A DNA stretch of 64,000 nt from an uncultured Gemmatimonadaceae bacterium (GTDB lineage Bacteria; Gemmatimonadota; Gemmatimonadetes; Gemmatimonadales; Gemmatimonadaceae). The position numbers and the translations under genes are program-made. Below are positions 40,080 to 50,611 of this stretch, piece by piece (within the stretch, counting starts at the first letter, position 1; the number at the start of each line of letters is the position of its first letter). The DNA lies in the NCBI GenBank assembly GCA_963817955.1, contig CAWFQK010000009.1, forward strand, positions 1 to 64,000. Reading direction: 5' to 3'. The notes under the pieces are model-generated. The model had not been told where the DNA came from and did no database searches. It was given only the letters and a program-made list of their open reading frames with translations.

Positions 40080-41021
40080 ATGTCGTATTACGACTGGAAC
40101 TGGAAACCTCGCCTGTCGGTCGGTGCGCTCCGTGCGGCAGCCAAGCGCGAGGCGGCGGCGCTCACGAAGAAGGGGCGGACGCTGGAGCCTGTCGTGATCG
40201 AGGGCCGTGCGATCACGCGCACCTTCTGGGGGACGGCGTGGTGCAAGAACCTCGAGAGCTATAGCGATTTCGAGAACCGATTGCCGCGGGGTCGTTCGTA
40301 TGTGCGCAACGGTCTCGTGCTGCACCTCGCCATCACGCCCGGGACGATCGAGGCGTTGGTCCGCGGGTCATCGCTCTACGAGACGACCATCGCCATCTCG
40401 CCGATCTCGAGCGAGCGATGGAAGTCCATCTGCACGGACTTGGCGGGCAGCATCGATTCCGTCGTCGAGCTACTGCAAGGCCGCCTCTCGGCTGCCGCAA
40501 TGGAGCGCATCTGCCGGCAAGGCTCCGGGCTCTTTCCGGCGCCCGCCGAGATCCGCCTCGATTGCAGTTGCCCGGACTACGCGTCGATGTGCAAGCACGT
40601 CGCCGCTGTACTTTACGGAATTGGTGCGCGATTGGATGAACAGCCTGAACTCCTGTTCACCCTTCGGCAGGCTGATGCGAGCGACCTGATCGCCAATGCG
40701 GATAGTGTTGCCACCATGGCCAAGCGCGCCCCGCGAAAGGACCGGATGCTCGCGCGTGCGAACCTGTCCGAGATGTTCGGATTGGAGATGGCGGCGAAGG
40801 ACGAAACTGCGACGACCACACGGCGCCAGAATCGAGATCGGCCTGCAGCGAGTGCGAAGAAGGGCGAGAAAGGACCCGGGAAGGTAAAGAAGGCGACGAA
40901 CGCGAAAGCCGCGCGAAAGAAACCGGCTCGCGCGGCACAAAAATCCGTGCGCAAGAAAGCCCCCGCGCGCAAGAAAGCCCCCGCGCGCAAGAAAGCCCCT
41001 GCGCGCACGAAAGCTCAATAG
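40080..41021 (+). CDS. SWIM zinc-finger protein with a Lys/Ala-rich tail
   Basis: RLPRGRSYVRNG, CSCPD..CKHVAA, (RKKAPA)x3 tail. Confidence 0.92.
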   Translation: MSYYDWNWKPRLSVGALRAAAKREAAALTKKGRTLEPVVIEGRAITRTFWGTAWCKNLESYSDFENRLPRGRSYVRNGLVLHLAITPGTIEALVRGSSLYETTIAISPISSERWKSICTDLAGSIDSVVELLQGRLSAAAMERICRQGSGLFPAPAEIRLDCSCPDYASMCKHVAAVLYGIGARLDEQPELLFTLRQADASDLIANADSVATMAKRAPRKDRMLARANLSEMFGLEMAAKDETATTTRRQNRDRPAASAKKGEKGPGKVKKATNAKAARKKPARAAQKSVRKKAPARKKAPARKKAPARTKAQ

Positions 41022-41025
41022 TATC

Positions 41026-43326
41026 CTACTTCACGATCTCAAATGGCAGTGCCGGCAGTATGCCGGCAACCACTCGCTGGCGCTGCGGCGGGGCCTGTCC
41101 AGCCGGCCGCTGCGCATTCGCCGGGGGAACGCGCTCCCCGGTGATCTCCACGATCAAGTTCCCGCGCACCCCTGGTTTCACCTTCGCTGGGTCCACGGTG
41201 AGTGAAAATGTGATGCCCGAGGCGTCTAGCGTCGTGCCGGTCAGCGTGACTCCATCTGGCGGTTCACTCAGTCGGCATTGGATGGTCTCCAACGTGCGGT
41301 AACCGGGCGGAATTGCTGCACGTACCTGCACCGTTCCTCCGGTGGCGAACCGGAGCGGCAGTGGCGTCACCACGCGCGACGCCACCATGGTGCCGCCTCG
41401 AGCCAGCACCGACACCCAGGTATCATCGGCTGGGACGAGATGACGGTACGCGAACGCTTGCATCATGTCGTCCGCCGGGACCGCGTCATGCGTGACGGTG
41501 CGCCCGGCGATCGTCGCGTGTCCTGAGAATTGGAGTGCGACGGGCATTGGCGCGGCGCCTTGCCCGCCGATCGCGCGCACCGCCGCTGGCGCTGTGAGCG
41601 TCGTGCGGATCTGCTCCTGTCCCGCGGGTATGACACCGCCGCTGAAGAGAAAACCGCGCGGGGCGTTCGCCAGCGCCACGGCAATGTCCCCAGCAAAGCC
41701 GTCGCGCCGTATGGCGGTGACGGTCACTGGAACGGAGTTGCCACCCGGCACGCTGATGCTCGACGGTGACACCCGGAGCTCGAAGTCCGGTTGTGGGCTG
41801 CTGATGCGCAAACGGTAGGCGTACTCCGGTCCGCCGTGCTGCTGTACGTCGCGCAGTTGCACGTAATACGTACCGGCCGCTGGCAGCGTCGCCATCAACC
41901 ACGAGTCGGCGTGATGTGTCTCGAGCCCCGCGCCCTTGTCTTCGTGATCGTCGTTCCATGCCAGGCGCTTGCCGGCGGCATCGGACAGCTCGAGCACTGC
42001 GTCGAGCGGCGACTCCAATCTGCGGGCAGTCACCTCGGCAACGATGGTATCGCCGGCCTTGCCGGTGAAGCTGAAGATGTCCCGGTCGCCGGGATGGTCG
42101 ATGCGTCCGTTGATGATGACCGGAAGCGCAACGGATGTCGCGCGCGCGCGCGTATCATTCGGCTCCCGCTCGCTCACTTCGGGGAACGTATCGAGCGCAA
42201 CGGGAAGGCTGTTCGAGCGGTGAGCTCCGATTGCCGCGGCGATGGACGATCGGCCGGCTCGCTTGTTCGTTGCGTCCAACACCGTGCGATTGGACGCGAG
42301 ATTCCATCCGGTGAGCGCCAGATCGGTTCGCGCGCCAGCGCGCCCGCCGAGCGGATACACGCTGGTGAGGAATGGAAGCTCGCCGATGCTGATGCGGTAG
42401 ACGAAATCATCTCGGCCCCGATACAGTGCATCCTTGATCTCGATGACATACTCGCCATCCGCCGGGATGTCGTATTGAATCACGGGGTCCGGATGGAAGC
42501 GATAATCATCGTTGTAGGCGAGCTCGCGGCCGTGTGCGTCGTACAGCGTGAGTGTGGCCTGGATCCACCCGGGTACGGCGTCACCGAGATACGGCATCAA
42601 GGTCCGCGCATCCACCGTGGCGACCAGGTGCAATCCCTTTGGCGCATGGAAGCGATAGCGATCGACGTCGCCCGACGCGAATTGGTTCTGTGCGGCCTGC
42701 GGAGTCCGCGCACGAGCGATGTCGCCGGGAATGAGACGACCGTTGACGACTGCAGGCAGGGTGATCGCCAATTCGCCGTCGGCCTTCGTTTCCTTCCGGG
42801 CTATCTCGCGAAACTCGGGGAGCTGTCCCACGCAGAATACGAGAGGACTCGTGAGCCCGACCGGCGTCTGCAATCGCAACCGGCGTTGGCCCGGCTCCGC
42901 GTCCCCAGCAATGGTGACGTTGAGCGTGACGATCTCGGCCAACGAGGGATTTTGCTGGCGCCGCACGGACTCGATGATCGTATCCCGGATGGCCAGAATG
43001 CGCCGCTGCGTTGCCGGGTCCGCGCCCTGCTGCTGAATTCCTTTCACGAGGGCTTGCACGGTGTCGCGCAGTGCAGTGAGGGCCTGGCCAAGTATGGGCC
43101 GGTCCACGCCGGCCACAGACACGCTCACGCCGGTGCCCGACACGAATGCTCCGCCCACGCCGTTCAGATACTGCCCCCCAACCTGCACTTGAAACGTGGT
43201 GCCTTGCTGGCCTCCGGCTGGATAGACGTATCCGGCGTGCGGTATCTGCGCGGTTTGTTGCGCCCGTGCCGGCACCGCGGCCACCGTGGTCGCGACGAGC
43301 ACACCAGACAACGTGAGCAGTCTCAT
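41026..43326 (-). CDS. Secreted PPC (pre-peptidase C-terminal) repeat protein
   Basis: Signal peptide, YVYPAGGQQG, GDVDRYRF, EREPND, GDRDIFSF, YRLRIS. Confidence 0.85.
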   Translation of the reverse strand: MRLLTLSGVLVATTVAAVPARAQQTAQIPHAGYVYPAGGQQGTTFQVQVGGQYLNGVGGAFVSGTGVSVSVAGVDRPILGQALTALRDTVQALVKGIQQQGADPATQRRILAIRDTIIESVRRQQNPSLAEIVTLNVTIAGDAEPGQRRLRLQTPVGLTSPLVFCVGQLPEFREIARKETKADGELAITLPAVVNGRLIPGDIARARTPQAAQNQFASGDVDRYRFHAPKGLHLVATVDARTLMPYLGDAVPGWIQATLTLYDAHGRELAYNDDYRFHPDPVIQYDIPADGEYVIEIKDALYRGRDDFVYRISIGELPFLTSVYPLGGRAGARTDLALTGWNLASNRTVLDATNKRAGRSSIAAAIGAHRSNSLPVALDTFPEVSEREPNDTRARATSVALPVIINGRIDHPGDRDIFSFTGKAGDTIVAEVTARRLESPLDAVLELSDAAGKRLAWNDDHEDKGAGLETHHADSWLMATLPAAGTYYVQLRDVQQHGGPEYAYRLRISSPQPDFELRVSPSSISVPGGNSVPVTVTAIRRDGFAGDIAVALANAPRGFLFSGGVIPAGQEQIRTTLTAPAAVRAIGGQGAAPMPVALQFSGHATIAGRTVTHDAVPADDMMQAFAYRHLVPADDTWVSVLARGGTMVASRVVTPLPLRFATGGTVQVRAAIPPGYRTLETIQCRLSEPPDGVTLTGTTLDASGITFSLTVDPAKVKPGVRGNLIVEITGERVPPANAQRPAGQAPPQRQRVVAGILPALPFEIVK

Positions 43327-44642
43327 ATGATCTCAGTCAGTATTCCGCCCGCGTTGAGGCCTTCGGCGGGTCCGGGAATGGCACGCATGTCGAGACCCTG
43401 TGGATGCGGCAGCTTGGCATTCGGATCGATGCCGAGCAATTGATAGATGCTGGCGATGAGATCGCTGGGCGACACCGGCCGGTCGCGCACCTCTTCGCCG
43501 CGAGCGTCGGACGATCCGATCACGTGACCGCCCTTGAATCCGCCGCCGGCGACGAGAGACGAGAACACGGCACCATGATGATTGCGGCCGCCGTTCCACG
43601 GAGCCTCCCAGTCGATACGAGGCCGCCGGCCGAATTCGCCGCCACACCACACGATGGTGCTGTCCAGCAACCCGTGATCGGACAGGTCCTGCAACAACAT
43701 CGCGAGACCCTTGTCCATCTGCGGGAGCTTCTGCCGCAGAATCTGGAAGTTCTGCTTGTGGGTGTCCCAGCCCTGATAGTTGATCGTGATGTACGGCACG
43801 CCGCGTTCGACGAGCCTCCGGGCAACGAGACAGGATTGTCCGAAGGTGTTGCGCCCGTAGCGGTCGCGAAGGTCGTTTGGCTCCTGCGAGAGATCGAAGA
43901 CCTTGCCAGCGTCGCCGAGGATGAGATCGTAGGCCTGGTCCTCGGAGTGCGTGAATGCGTCGAGCGATGCATCGGCGTTCAGGACGTGGCCGATGGTCTT
44001 GAGCTGGCGCAGCAATTCGCGGCGGCTGCGCTGCCGATCATCCGAGATGTTCTGCGCCACGACGCCTTCGACGACGAATCGCGCCTGCGCCGGGTCTCCG
44101 CCGGTCGCAAAGGGGGCATAGCGCGGTCCGAGGAAACCGGCTTCAGAAAATCGCCCCTGCGGTTGGGTGAGGACCACGTACGGCGGAACGAGACCCTTGT
44201 ATCCCGCATCCGCGCCCTTGAACAGCGATACGACGGCGCCAGCACAGGGAAAGACGTCGTGCCCGTTCGACTTCCGGCCCGTCTGCACGGTATAGGACGC
44301 CGTCTCGTGGGCGTTGATACCGTGGGTCATGCTGCGGATGATCGAGTACTTGTCGGCGTGCTTGGCCAATTCCGGCAGCAATTCGTTGATCAGCATGCCA
44401 TCGACATTCGTGGCAATCGGCTTGTTGAACGGACCGCAGTAGTCGTAGCCGGCATCCGGCTTGGGGTCGAACGTGTCCAGGTGGCCCGGACCGCCCCACA
44501 TCCAGATCTGGATGACGGACTTGGCCTTGGTGGCGCGCGCAGGCTCGGCAGCCCATGCGGCGCGCGGGAGCTGGTTCGCGACGAAGAGTGCGCCCGCGCT
44601 CAGCAGTCCGTGTTTCAAGGCATCGCGTCTGTTCATGCTCAT
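43323..44642 (-). CDS. DUF1501 domain protein, Tat signal
   Basis: MNRRDALK, AKSVIQIWMWGGPGHLDTFDPKP, LVARRLVERGV, GWDTH, GEFGRRP, GRNH. Confidence 0.92.
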   Translation of the reverse strand: MSMNRRDALKHGLLSAGALFVANQLPRAAWAAEPARATKAKSVIQIWMWGGPGHLDTFDPKPDAGYDYCGPFNKPIATNVDGMLINELLPELAKHADKYSIIRSMTHGINAHETASYTVQTGRKSNGHDVFPCAGAVVSLFKGADAGYKGLVPPYVVLTQPQGRFSEAGFLGPRYAPFATGGDPAQARFVVEGVVAQNISDDRQRSRRELLRQLKTIGHVLNADASLDAFTHSEDQAYDLILGDAGKVFDLSQEPNDLRDRYGRNTFGQSCLVARRLVERGVPYITINYQGWDTHKQNFQILRQKLPQMDKGLAMLLQDLSDHGLLDSTIVWCGGEFGRRPRIDWEAPWNGGRNHHGAVFSSLVAGGGFKGGHVIGSSDARGEEVRDRPVSPSDLIASIYQLLGIDPNAKLPHPQGLDMRAIPGPAEGLNAGGILTEII

Positions 44643-44662
44643 GGCGTGTCCCTGGGTGAGGC

Positions 44663-46216
44663 CTAGTGCCGGTAGAGAAATTCGGGCGAGTTGATCAGCG
44701 CCCACGCGACGTCGATCGTGGTCGTGCGCCGATTGTTGCTGACCGACGCGGCGTAGGTCAGACCAGCTTTCAGCTCGTCGGCACTGGGCGAGCGTGAGAG
44801 AATCATCATGTAGAGATTCGTCACCAGCTCCGGCAGCCCCATGGGCGCGCGCACCAGCGCCTGCAAGGATTGGCTCTGCTCCAGCTTCCGTTGGATCTGC
44901 GTGGAGTTGAGCAGCGCGAGGCGCGCCGGGGCAGTTGGCTTGTTGTCGCGCTCGGACGCGGTGCCAAGATCTCGCGGTGAACGACCAAAGGTCTTGAGCA
45001 GCTCGTTCGTGATGCTCCCGTCGGCGAGCGTGATCGTGCGGCGACTTTCGGGCACGAAGGTGAATGGCTCCGGAATCGGACTGGAGTACTGCTCGGTTCC
45101 GCCGGTGATCTGATCGATGGCATCGATCAGCACCTCCGCATCGAGCGGCCGCTGGATATAGTGCGCGAAGTTGGCGTCGGCCCGTGCGTCGGCCGTCCCG
45201 GCGACCGCCGAGCGCTGGTACGTGGCCGACGTCAGAATGATCCGCATGAGATGTTTGAGGTCGTAGTGCGACCCCACGACCTCCTGCGCGAGATACGCCA
45301 GTAGCTCCGGATTGGCCGGCGGGTTGTCGGGCCGCATGTCGTCTGGCTCGGCGGTGATGCCGCGGCCGAGCAGCCACGCCCAGACGCGATTGGCGATCGC
45401 CGGCGCAAACCAGGGGTTCGTCGGTGCCGTGAGCCAGTCCGCGAAGATGACGCGCGGGTCCTGGTCGAGCGAGAGGGCGATGGTCGTGCCATCCGGGAAG
45501 GTGGCGCGACGTGGACCCGCCTTGTCCGGATCGAAGAACACGATCTCTTCCTTCCACTCCTGTGTGTACTTGTATGAAACATTCGCGAAGAACTCAGCCA
45601 TGCCGGCAAGGCGCGCTTTGGGCCAATGCTCCACGCGCGTCCCCATGAAGGTGAGCGCGACGGCCGCCGCGAGCGCCTCGGGCTGGCGACTCTGCACGGC
45701 GCGATAGAAGTTCACCGGCGGTTCGCGGAAGTTGCTGCCGCTCGACGTGAGCAGATCGCGGGCAAAGCGATCGAACGGGGTGTTCGCGCGAATGCTCGCC
45801 CGGATCCAGTGGTGGTACGACTGGACGGCGTTCGGCCAGAGGTTGATGGGATACTCGGACTTCACGCGGAGCACGTCGCTCCACTTCATTGCCCAGTAGT
45901 CGGCGAACTCGTCTCGCTCCAGGAGTGCGTCGATGAGCTTCTCGCGTTTGTGCGCGTCACGGTCGGCGAGAAAGGAGCGTGCTTCGTCGGCGGTTGGCAA
46001 CGTGCCGATGACATCCAGGTAGACTCGCCGGACGAACACCTCGTCGCTGCTCACGGGCGCCGGCTGAATCCCGAGCCGCTTGAGCTTTGCCGACACGATC
46101 GCGTCGATCTTCGAGACGGCGGGTGCACGGGCGGGAACCGTCGAGGCGCTCGCCGGGCAGGGTGCGACGGCGAGCACGGTCAGGACGAGGGCCAGGCGAA
46201 TCACTCGACGTGGCAT
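44663..46216 (-). CDS. DUF1549/DUF1553 (PSD1) domain protein
   Basis: FVRRVYLDVIGTLPT, NRVWAWLLGRG, NPELLAYL, WALINSPEFLYRH. Confidence 0.92.
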   Translation of the reverse strand: MPRRVIRLALVLTVLAVAPCPASASTVPARAPAVSKIDAIVSAKLKRLGIQPAPVSSDEVFVRRVYLDVIGTLPTADEARSFLADRDAHKREKLIDALLERDEFADYWAMKWSDVLRVKSEYPINLWPNAVQSYHHWIRASIRANTPFDRFARDLLTSSGSNFREPPVNFYRAVQSRQPEALAAAVALTFMGTRVEHWPKARLAGMAEFFANVSYKYTQEWKEEIVFFDPDKAGPRRATFPDGTTIALSLDQDPRVIFADWLTAPTNPWFAPAIANRVWAWLLGRGITAEPDDMRPDNPPANPELLAYLAQEVVGSHYDLKHLMRIILTSATYQRSAVAGTADARADANFAHYIQRPLDAEVLIDAIDQITGGTEQYSSPIPEPFTFVPESRRTITLADGSITNELLKTFGRSPRDLGTASERDNKPTAPARLALLNSTQIQRKLEQSQSLQALVRAPMGLPELVTNLYMMILSRSPSADELKAGLTYAASVSNNRRTTTIDVAWALINSPEFLYRH

Positions 46217-46226
46217 GGCTTAGTCG

Positions 46227-46847
46227 TTACCTGCGCCGGTCGCGCGGCATGACGGCGATTGCTTCGATCTCGATGAGCAGGTCCTCGCGGCACAGACGCG
46301 TCTGGATGCCAGTGCTCGCGGGGAGCGGATCGAGGCCGAGCCACTCGAAGAACTCCGTGCGGACTTCATTGAAATCCTTGTAATCACGCTCGATGTCGCG
46401 CAGGTAGCAGCTCGTGCGAACGATGTCGTGCCAGCTCGCTCCGTCGGCTGCGAGCAACTCGGAAATGTTGCGATAGGTTCGCCAGAGCTGCGCGCGGAAG
46501 TCGCCAACGTTGACCGTGCGTCCAGCCTCGTCGATGCTCGCGGTTCCGGAGATGAGCAGCACCGTCTTGTCGCCGAGATCGAAGCGGATACCGCGGGAGA
46601 AGGACGATGGCTTTGCGTAATCGAACGCTTCATTGAGGACGCCGGTCGCGTGCATAGCATGCCGCTCGATGATATCCAGCGTGCGTGATGCGTCGCGAAC
46701 GGATGCCGGCGTGCGCGTGCCTTCCTGCGTGATCATCCCGAGGGCCTGCATCTCGTCGTATTCGGCGCGGCCGAGGGCGTTCTCGGTGATGTGCGACGAA
46801 GGGTGCGGCGCAGTTGCCTCCGGATGGTGCTTGCCGTTGGTAAGCAT
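46227..46847 (-). CDS. Rid (YjgF/UK114) family protein
   Basis: SFSRG, LISGTASID, GDFRAQ, LCREDLLIEIEAIA. Confidence 0.85.
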   Translation of the reverse strand: MLTNGKHHPEATAPHPSSHITENALGRAEYDEMQALGMITQEGTRTPASVRDASRTLDIIERHAMHATGVLNEAFDYAKPSSFSRGIRFDLGDKTVLLISGTASIDEAGRTVNVGDFRAQLWRTYRNISELLAADGASWHDIVRTSCYLRDIERDYKDFNEVRTEFFEWLGLDPLPASTGIQTRLCREDLLIEIEAIAVMPRDRRR

Positions 46848-47008
46848 GAGGCTCGAGCGGAGAGGAGTGATGAATGTGGACCCTCGGATGACGACGCGAC
46901 GCGACTGTTGTTTGTCGGGGATTCCCTGATCTGCGCATAAGGAAAAACCAATGGTCACGGGATAGGGTCATCAGACGTAAGCACGCCCTTGCAGGGCTTC
47001 CGCGTTCC

Positions 47009-47400
47009 CTACCTGCGGCGTAACGGTACGAGCTCTTGGTGGGCCTGGTCGTAGAGATACGGAACCCGGTTGGGGACGCGCTCCAGCAAGCGCTCATCGA
47101 GGGCGCCGTAGTCGTATGCCACGAGCGTGCGCGCCGTACCTGGATCGGCGACGTTGGCCACCAGGGCGTATGTCCCAACGTGGTCCGGAGCATACCGGAC
47201 GAATACGATACGATTGCATTGCGGGAAGCTGCGCGATCTGCGTGCGGAAGCGGCGAGTGGCAACAATGCGTTGTTGCGTGATTCGCTGCGCGGCCAACAC
47301 GTCACTCATCGCGGGCACGAGCGCGATGATGACCAGCGCTGCCGTGGCGAGGGCGCTCTTCGTTGCGGTGCGTGCCTCCTGATAGACCGGCGAGCCGTGG
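47009..47400 (-). pseudogene. C-terminal fragment of a probable membrane glycosyltransferase-like protein
   Basis: IVFVRYAPDH..LVAN..AYDYG..RVPYLYD. The upstream part is replaced by a heptamer array. Confidence 0.45.
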
Positions 47401-47417
47401 ACGCGTCACGGGTGGAG

Positions 47418-47519
47418 GACACGAGACACGAGACACGAGACACGAGACACGAGACACGAGACACGAGACACGAGACACGAGACACGAGACAACGGGACAA
47501 CGGGACAACGGGACAACGG
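47418..47519 (+). repeat. (GACACGA)x10 followed by (GACAACGG)x4
   Basis: Direct reading. Confidence 0.95.
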
Positions 47520-47584
47520 CCGACTACGTGTTCATGACCTTCACATGGGTCGGGTGAGACTGAGTCGGGTTGGGCTCCGTGTCT

Positions 47585-47741
47585 TGACTGGCCGGATGTC
47601 GCTGGCTGCTCCGTAGCGGTCGGCCCACCGGTCGGCGAGTTTCGAGTGTCCAGTTGTGAGTTGTGCGTTGTGAGTGTTCCACACTCGTCTCCCGTCTCCC
47701 GTGTCCCGTGTCCCGTGTCCCGTGTCCCGTGTCCCGTGTCT
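47585..47741 (-). repeat. Dispersed repeat copy C with an expanded (CGTGTCC)n arm
   Basis: Core near-identical to copy B. The arm is approximately complementary to the 47418 array. Confidence 0.9.
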
Positions 47742-47747
47742 CTACCC

Positions 47748-49863
47748 TCACGAGATGTACAGTGTCGTATCCCCGGCGTTATAGGAAACCGTGCGCGCAA
47801 CGAGGTTCGTGGTTCGTTGCGGTGAGGACGGAAGAAGCTGGCCCGCAGAATCGAACAGCGCGTTATGGTTGGGGCAGTGGAACGCGGATCCCGTGCTGTG
47901 CCAGTTCTCTATCCGCACCGTGGTTCCCTGATGTGGACACCGCATTGAGAACGCAGCAAATGTATTCGCGCCAGTGCGAACGACGGCAGTCGGCGTGCCC
48001 TGAACGACGCCGACGCTGCCCGCTATACCTCCCACGGTGGCGAGTGTGGGCCAATTGGCGATGACCACTCCAAGCCCCGCCGGGCTCACGGCGAGCGTCA
48101 CGGCCACGGTCTTGGCGGCTACGCCTACGGCGGTGATCTGAACCGTTGCCGTGTACGTTCCAACGGAGAACGTGCTCGAGGCCGCTCGTAGGGTGAGCGC
48201 GGCCGGCGTTGTCGTGGTGTTGAGCGAGGACCCACTGAGCCACCCGGTTGCGCCAGATCCGTAGGTGACGCTGAACGCGAGGCCGCTCAGTATGGCGCTC
48301 CCACTACTCGTGATGTTCACCACCTGTCCGCCCGGGCTCGTGCCGGCGGGCGCGCTGAATGACACGCTCGCCGGCGACAGCACCAGCGCGGAACTGGCCC
48401 CGACTGTGAGCGTCACGGCGACAGTCCGCGGCGAATTGGCGACGCCGGCAGATGCCACCGACACCGTCGCCGTATAGGTACCAGGCGGCAGCGCCAGTGG
48501 AGAGGCGGTGAGTGTGAGAATCGCCGGCGCTGTCGTGGTGGAGAGCGCGGCCGTCAGCCACCCCGAGCCGCCCGTGCCATACGCGATTGCCGCGGTGAGC
48601 CCGGCGATGGTGCTGCCGCCGCCGTCTTGCACATTGATCGTTTGGGTTGCGGTGCTGCCGCCCCCTTGCGTCGTCAGGAATGACGCCGTGGTCACCGAAA
48701 GCGCCAAGCTGGGTGCTGCATTCGCCGCGGCCACCGTGAAGGTGACGGCAACTTGCAGCGGCGAGTTGGTCGCTCCGGACGCGACGATCGGAACCGTCGC
48801 CGTATATGTTCCCGCGTTCAGCGCGCCGAGCGTTGGCGTGAGGATGAGTGTAGAGGGTGCGGTGGCCGAGGTGAGTATCGCGCTCGAGCCACCCGGCGGC
48901 GCCCGCGCCGAATGCGATCGTTCCGATGCTGAGCCCCGCAAGCGTTCCACCGCCAACGTTCGTGATGGCGAGCTGCTGCGCCACGGGGCTTGCGCTGCCG
49001 GCCGCGGCGGCGAATGCGACGTTCGTCGATGCGACGGCGATTGTCGGCGCCGCCGCGGTAGACGAAACGAGGAGGGAAACGGGGAGCGCCTGCGGCGCAT
49101 TGACGGCCGTGGGCGCAGTGATCTGCACCGTCGCCGTGTACGCACCGGGGGCCAGCCCTGCGATCGACGGTTGCAGTGTGAGCGTCGCCGGGGCAGTGTG
49201 CACGTCGAGCGTGGCGGCGAGCCAGCCGCTTGGCTGAGCCAGTCCGTACCCGACGACGATATCCAGTCCCGATAGTGTTCCACCGCCCGTATTGGTGATG
49301 CTCGCCGTCTGCACGGCGGGATTGGTTCCGTTCTGCACGGCGGCAAAGACTTCGCTGGTGGGACTGACCGACATGCTTGGCGCCGGTCCCGCGCCCACAG
49401 GGCCGTTGATCGTCACGGTGCCGGCGTTGGGGTCGAACGTGACGCCCAGTTGCGTCAGGTCGCCCGTTTGATGGCCGCCGATCCACGTGCCGTCCGCCGC
49501 GAACTCAGCAAGATGGCTCGGGCATCGGAATGCCGGCGATCCCGCCAACTCCACGATCGCACCTTGATGCGGGCAGACCAACGAGACCGCCTCGAAGGAC
49601 GCGGTGCCGGTGCGAACGAGAGCGACCGGCTGTCCGGTGCCGCCGTCGAGGCGGGCCATGCCCCCGATCGGGGCAAGTTGAGGAAAGTCTGATAACTTGA
49701 TCGTGAAGGGCGTCGTGGGGAACGGATCGGTCGGATAGGTACCACCAATGTTGCGATCGCCGCACGCCGAGAGCACGAAGGCCCCGATCGTGCCGAGCGC
49801 GCCCCGACTGATGAACGCTCGGCGCGGGAGATTTCCGCCGCATGGGCAGTCTGGCGAACACAT
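47748..49863 (-). CDS. Tat lipoprotein: Rieske - four Ig/BACON-like repeats - Rieske (1-nt frameshift near 48885)
   Basis: PRRAFI..VLSAC, CPHQG..CPSH, four repeats with GWL..APA.LTL..GTYTATV, then CPHQG..CPNH. The two ORFs join in the middle of repeat 2. Confidence 0.85.
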
Positions 49864-49920
49864 TGGATTACGGAACCAACAGCGAGTGTCTACGCCGCAT
49901 GTGACGACTGGTGGCGTGAG

Positions 49921-50568
49921 TCAATCATGGCGGAACGGGGACAGCATCATGACGTAGCTGACGACTGCGGTGCTGATGGAGCCGAGCGCGATGTCGCGGT
50001 GCAGCCGCCGAAGCTGATCCGATCGCTTTGCCTTGGTGGATAGAATTCCTGTTGCGGTGAACCCCGCGTCGGCAGTCAGCATGAGGAGGGCGTGTGCGGT
50101 TCGCCATCCGCGACCCGCTGGGTCGTTGCGGCCCGCCCAGAGATTCCAGCCGCCCGTCACGGTGTTCACGACAAAGAGCGCCGTGACTCCCGTCGCCAAC
50201 GGACCATGCGTATCGATTGCCCAACGCGGCGCCTGGTTGCCGGATTTGAGGAGTTGGCTTCCTGTGACGTAGTTCCCGGCGAAGAGCGGCAGCGTCAGGT
50301 AGCTGGCCCACCGATGAATAGTGAGACGACGGCTGTACCAGTCGCTGTACTCCACGGCAACCACGCGCTTCCGGCGCACCGTGTCATTGACCGTGGTCGT
50401 GACGGTCGGGTCCGGCACGAGGCTCCGTGGCATGGCGGGCACGGCCGGCGTCGTTGCCGCGACGACGTCACAAGTGAAGCGGTCCAGGTCCGCGTTCGCG
50501 TTTGCCGTCGGTGGGTTGATGGCTCCAGCGAACCACAGTCCGCCAGCCAACACTACACATTCAAGCAC
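49921..50568 (-). CDS. Four-helix membrane protein with four His, cytochrome b561-like
   Basis: Signal peptide, then IHRWASY, THGPLA, AHALLM and LHRDIA, each preceding a hydrophobic helix. Confidence 0.65.
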   Translation of the reverse strand: MLECVVLAGGLWFAGAINPPTANANADLDRFTCDVVAATTPAVPAMPRSLVPDPTVTTTVNDTVRRKRVVAVEYSDWYSRRLTIHRWASYLTLPLFAGNYVTGSQLLKSGNQAPRWAIDTHGPLATGVTALFVVNTVTGGWNLWAGRNDPAGRGWRTAHALLMLTADAGFTATGILSTKAKRSDQLRRLHRDIALGSISTAVVSYVMMLSPFRHD

Positions 50569-50611
50569 TCGTTCTCCCCGATGGTCTTCACGGTTGACGA
50601 CAGAGGCTGAT

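Noticed and set aside
41791..43443. Long plus-strand ORF (550 aa) and similar ORFs such as 43404-44666, 57777-59168 and 18629-19675
   Set aside because: These are antisense shadows of well-supported genes, as expected in high-GC DNA.
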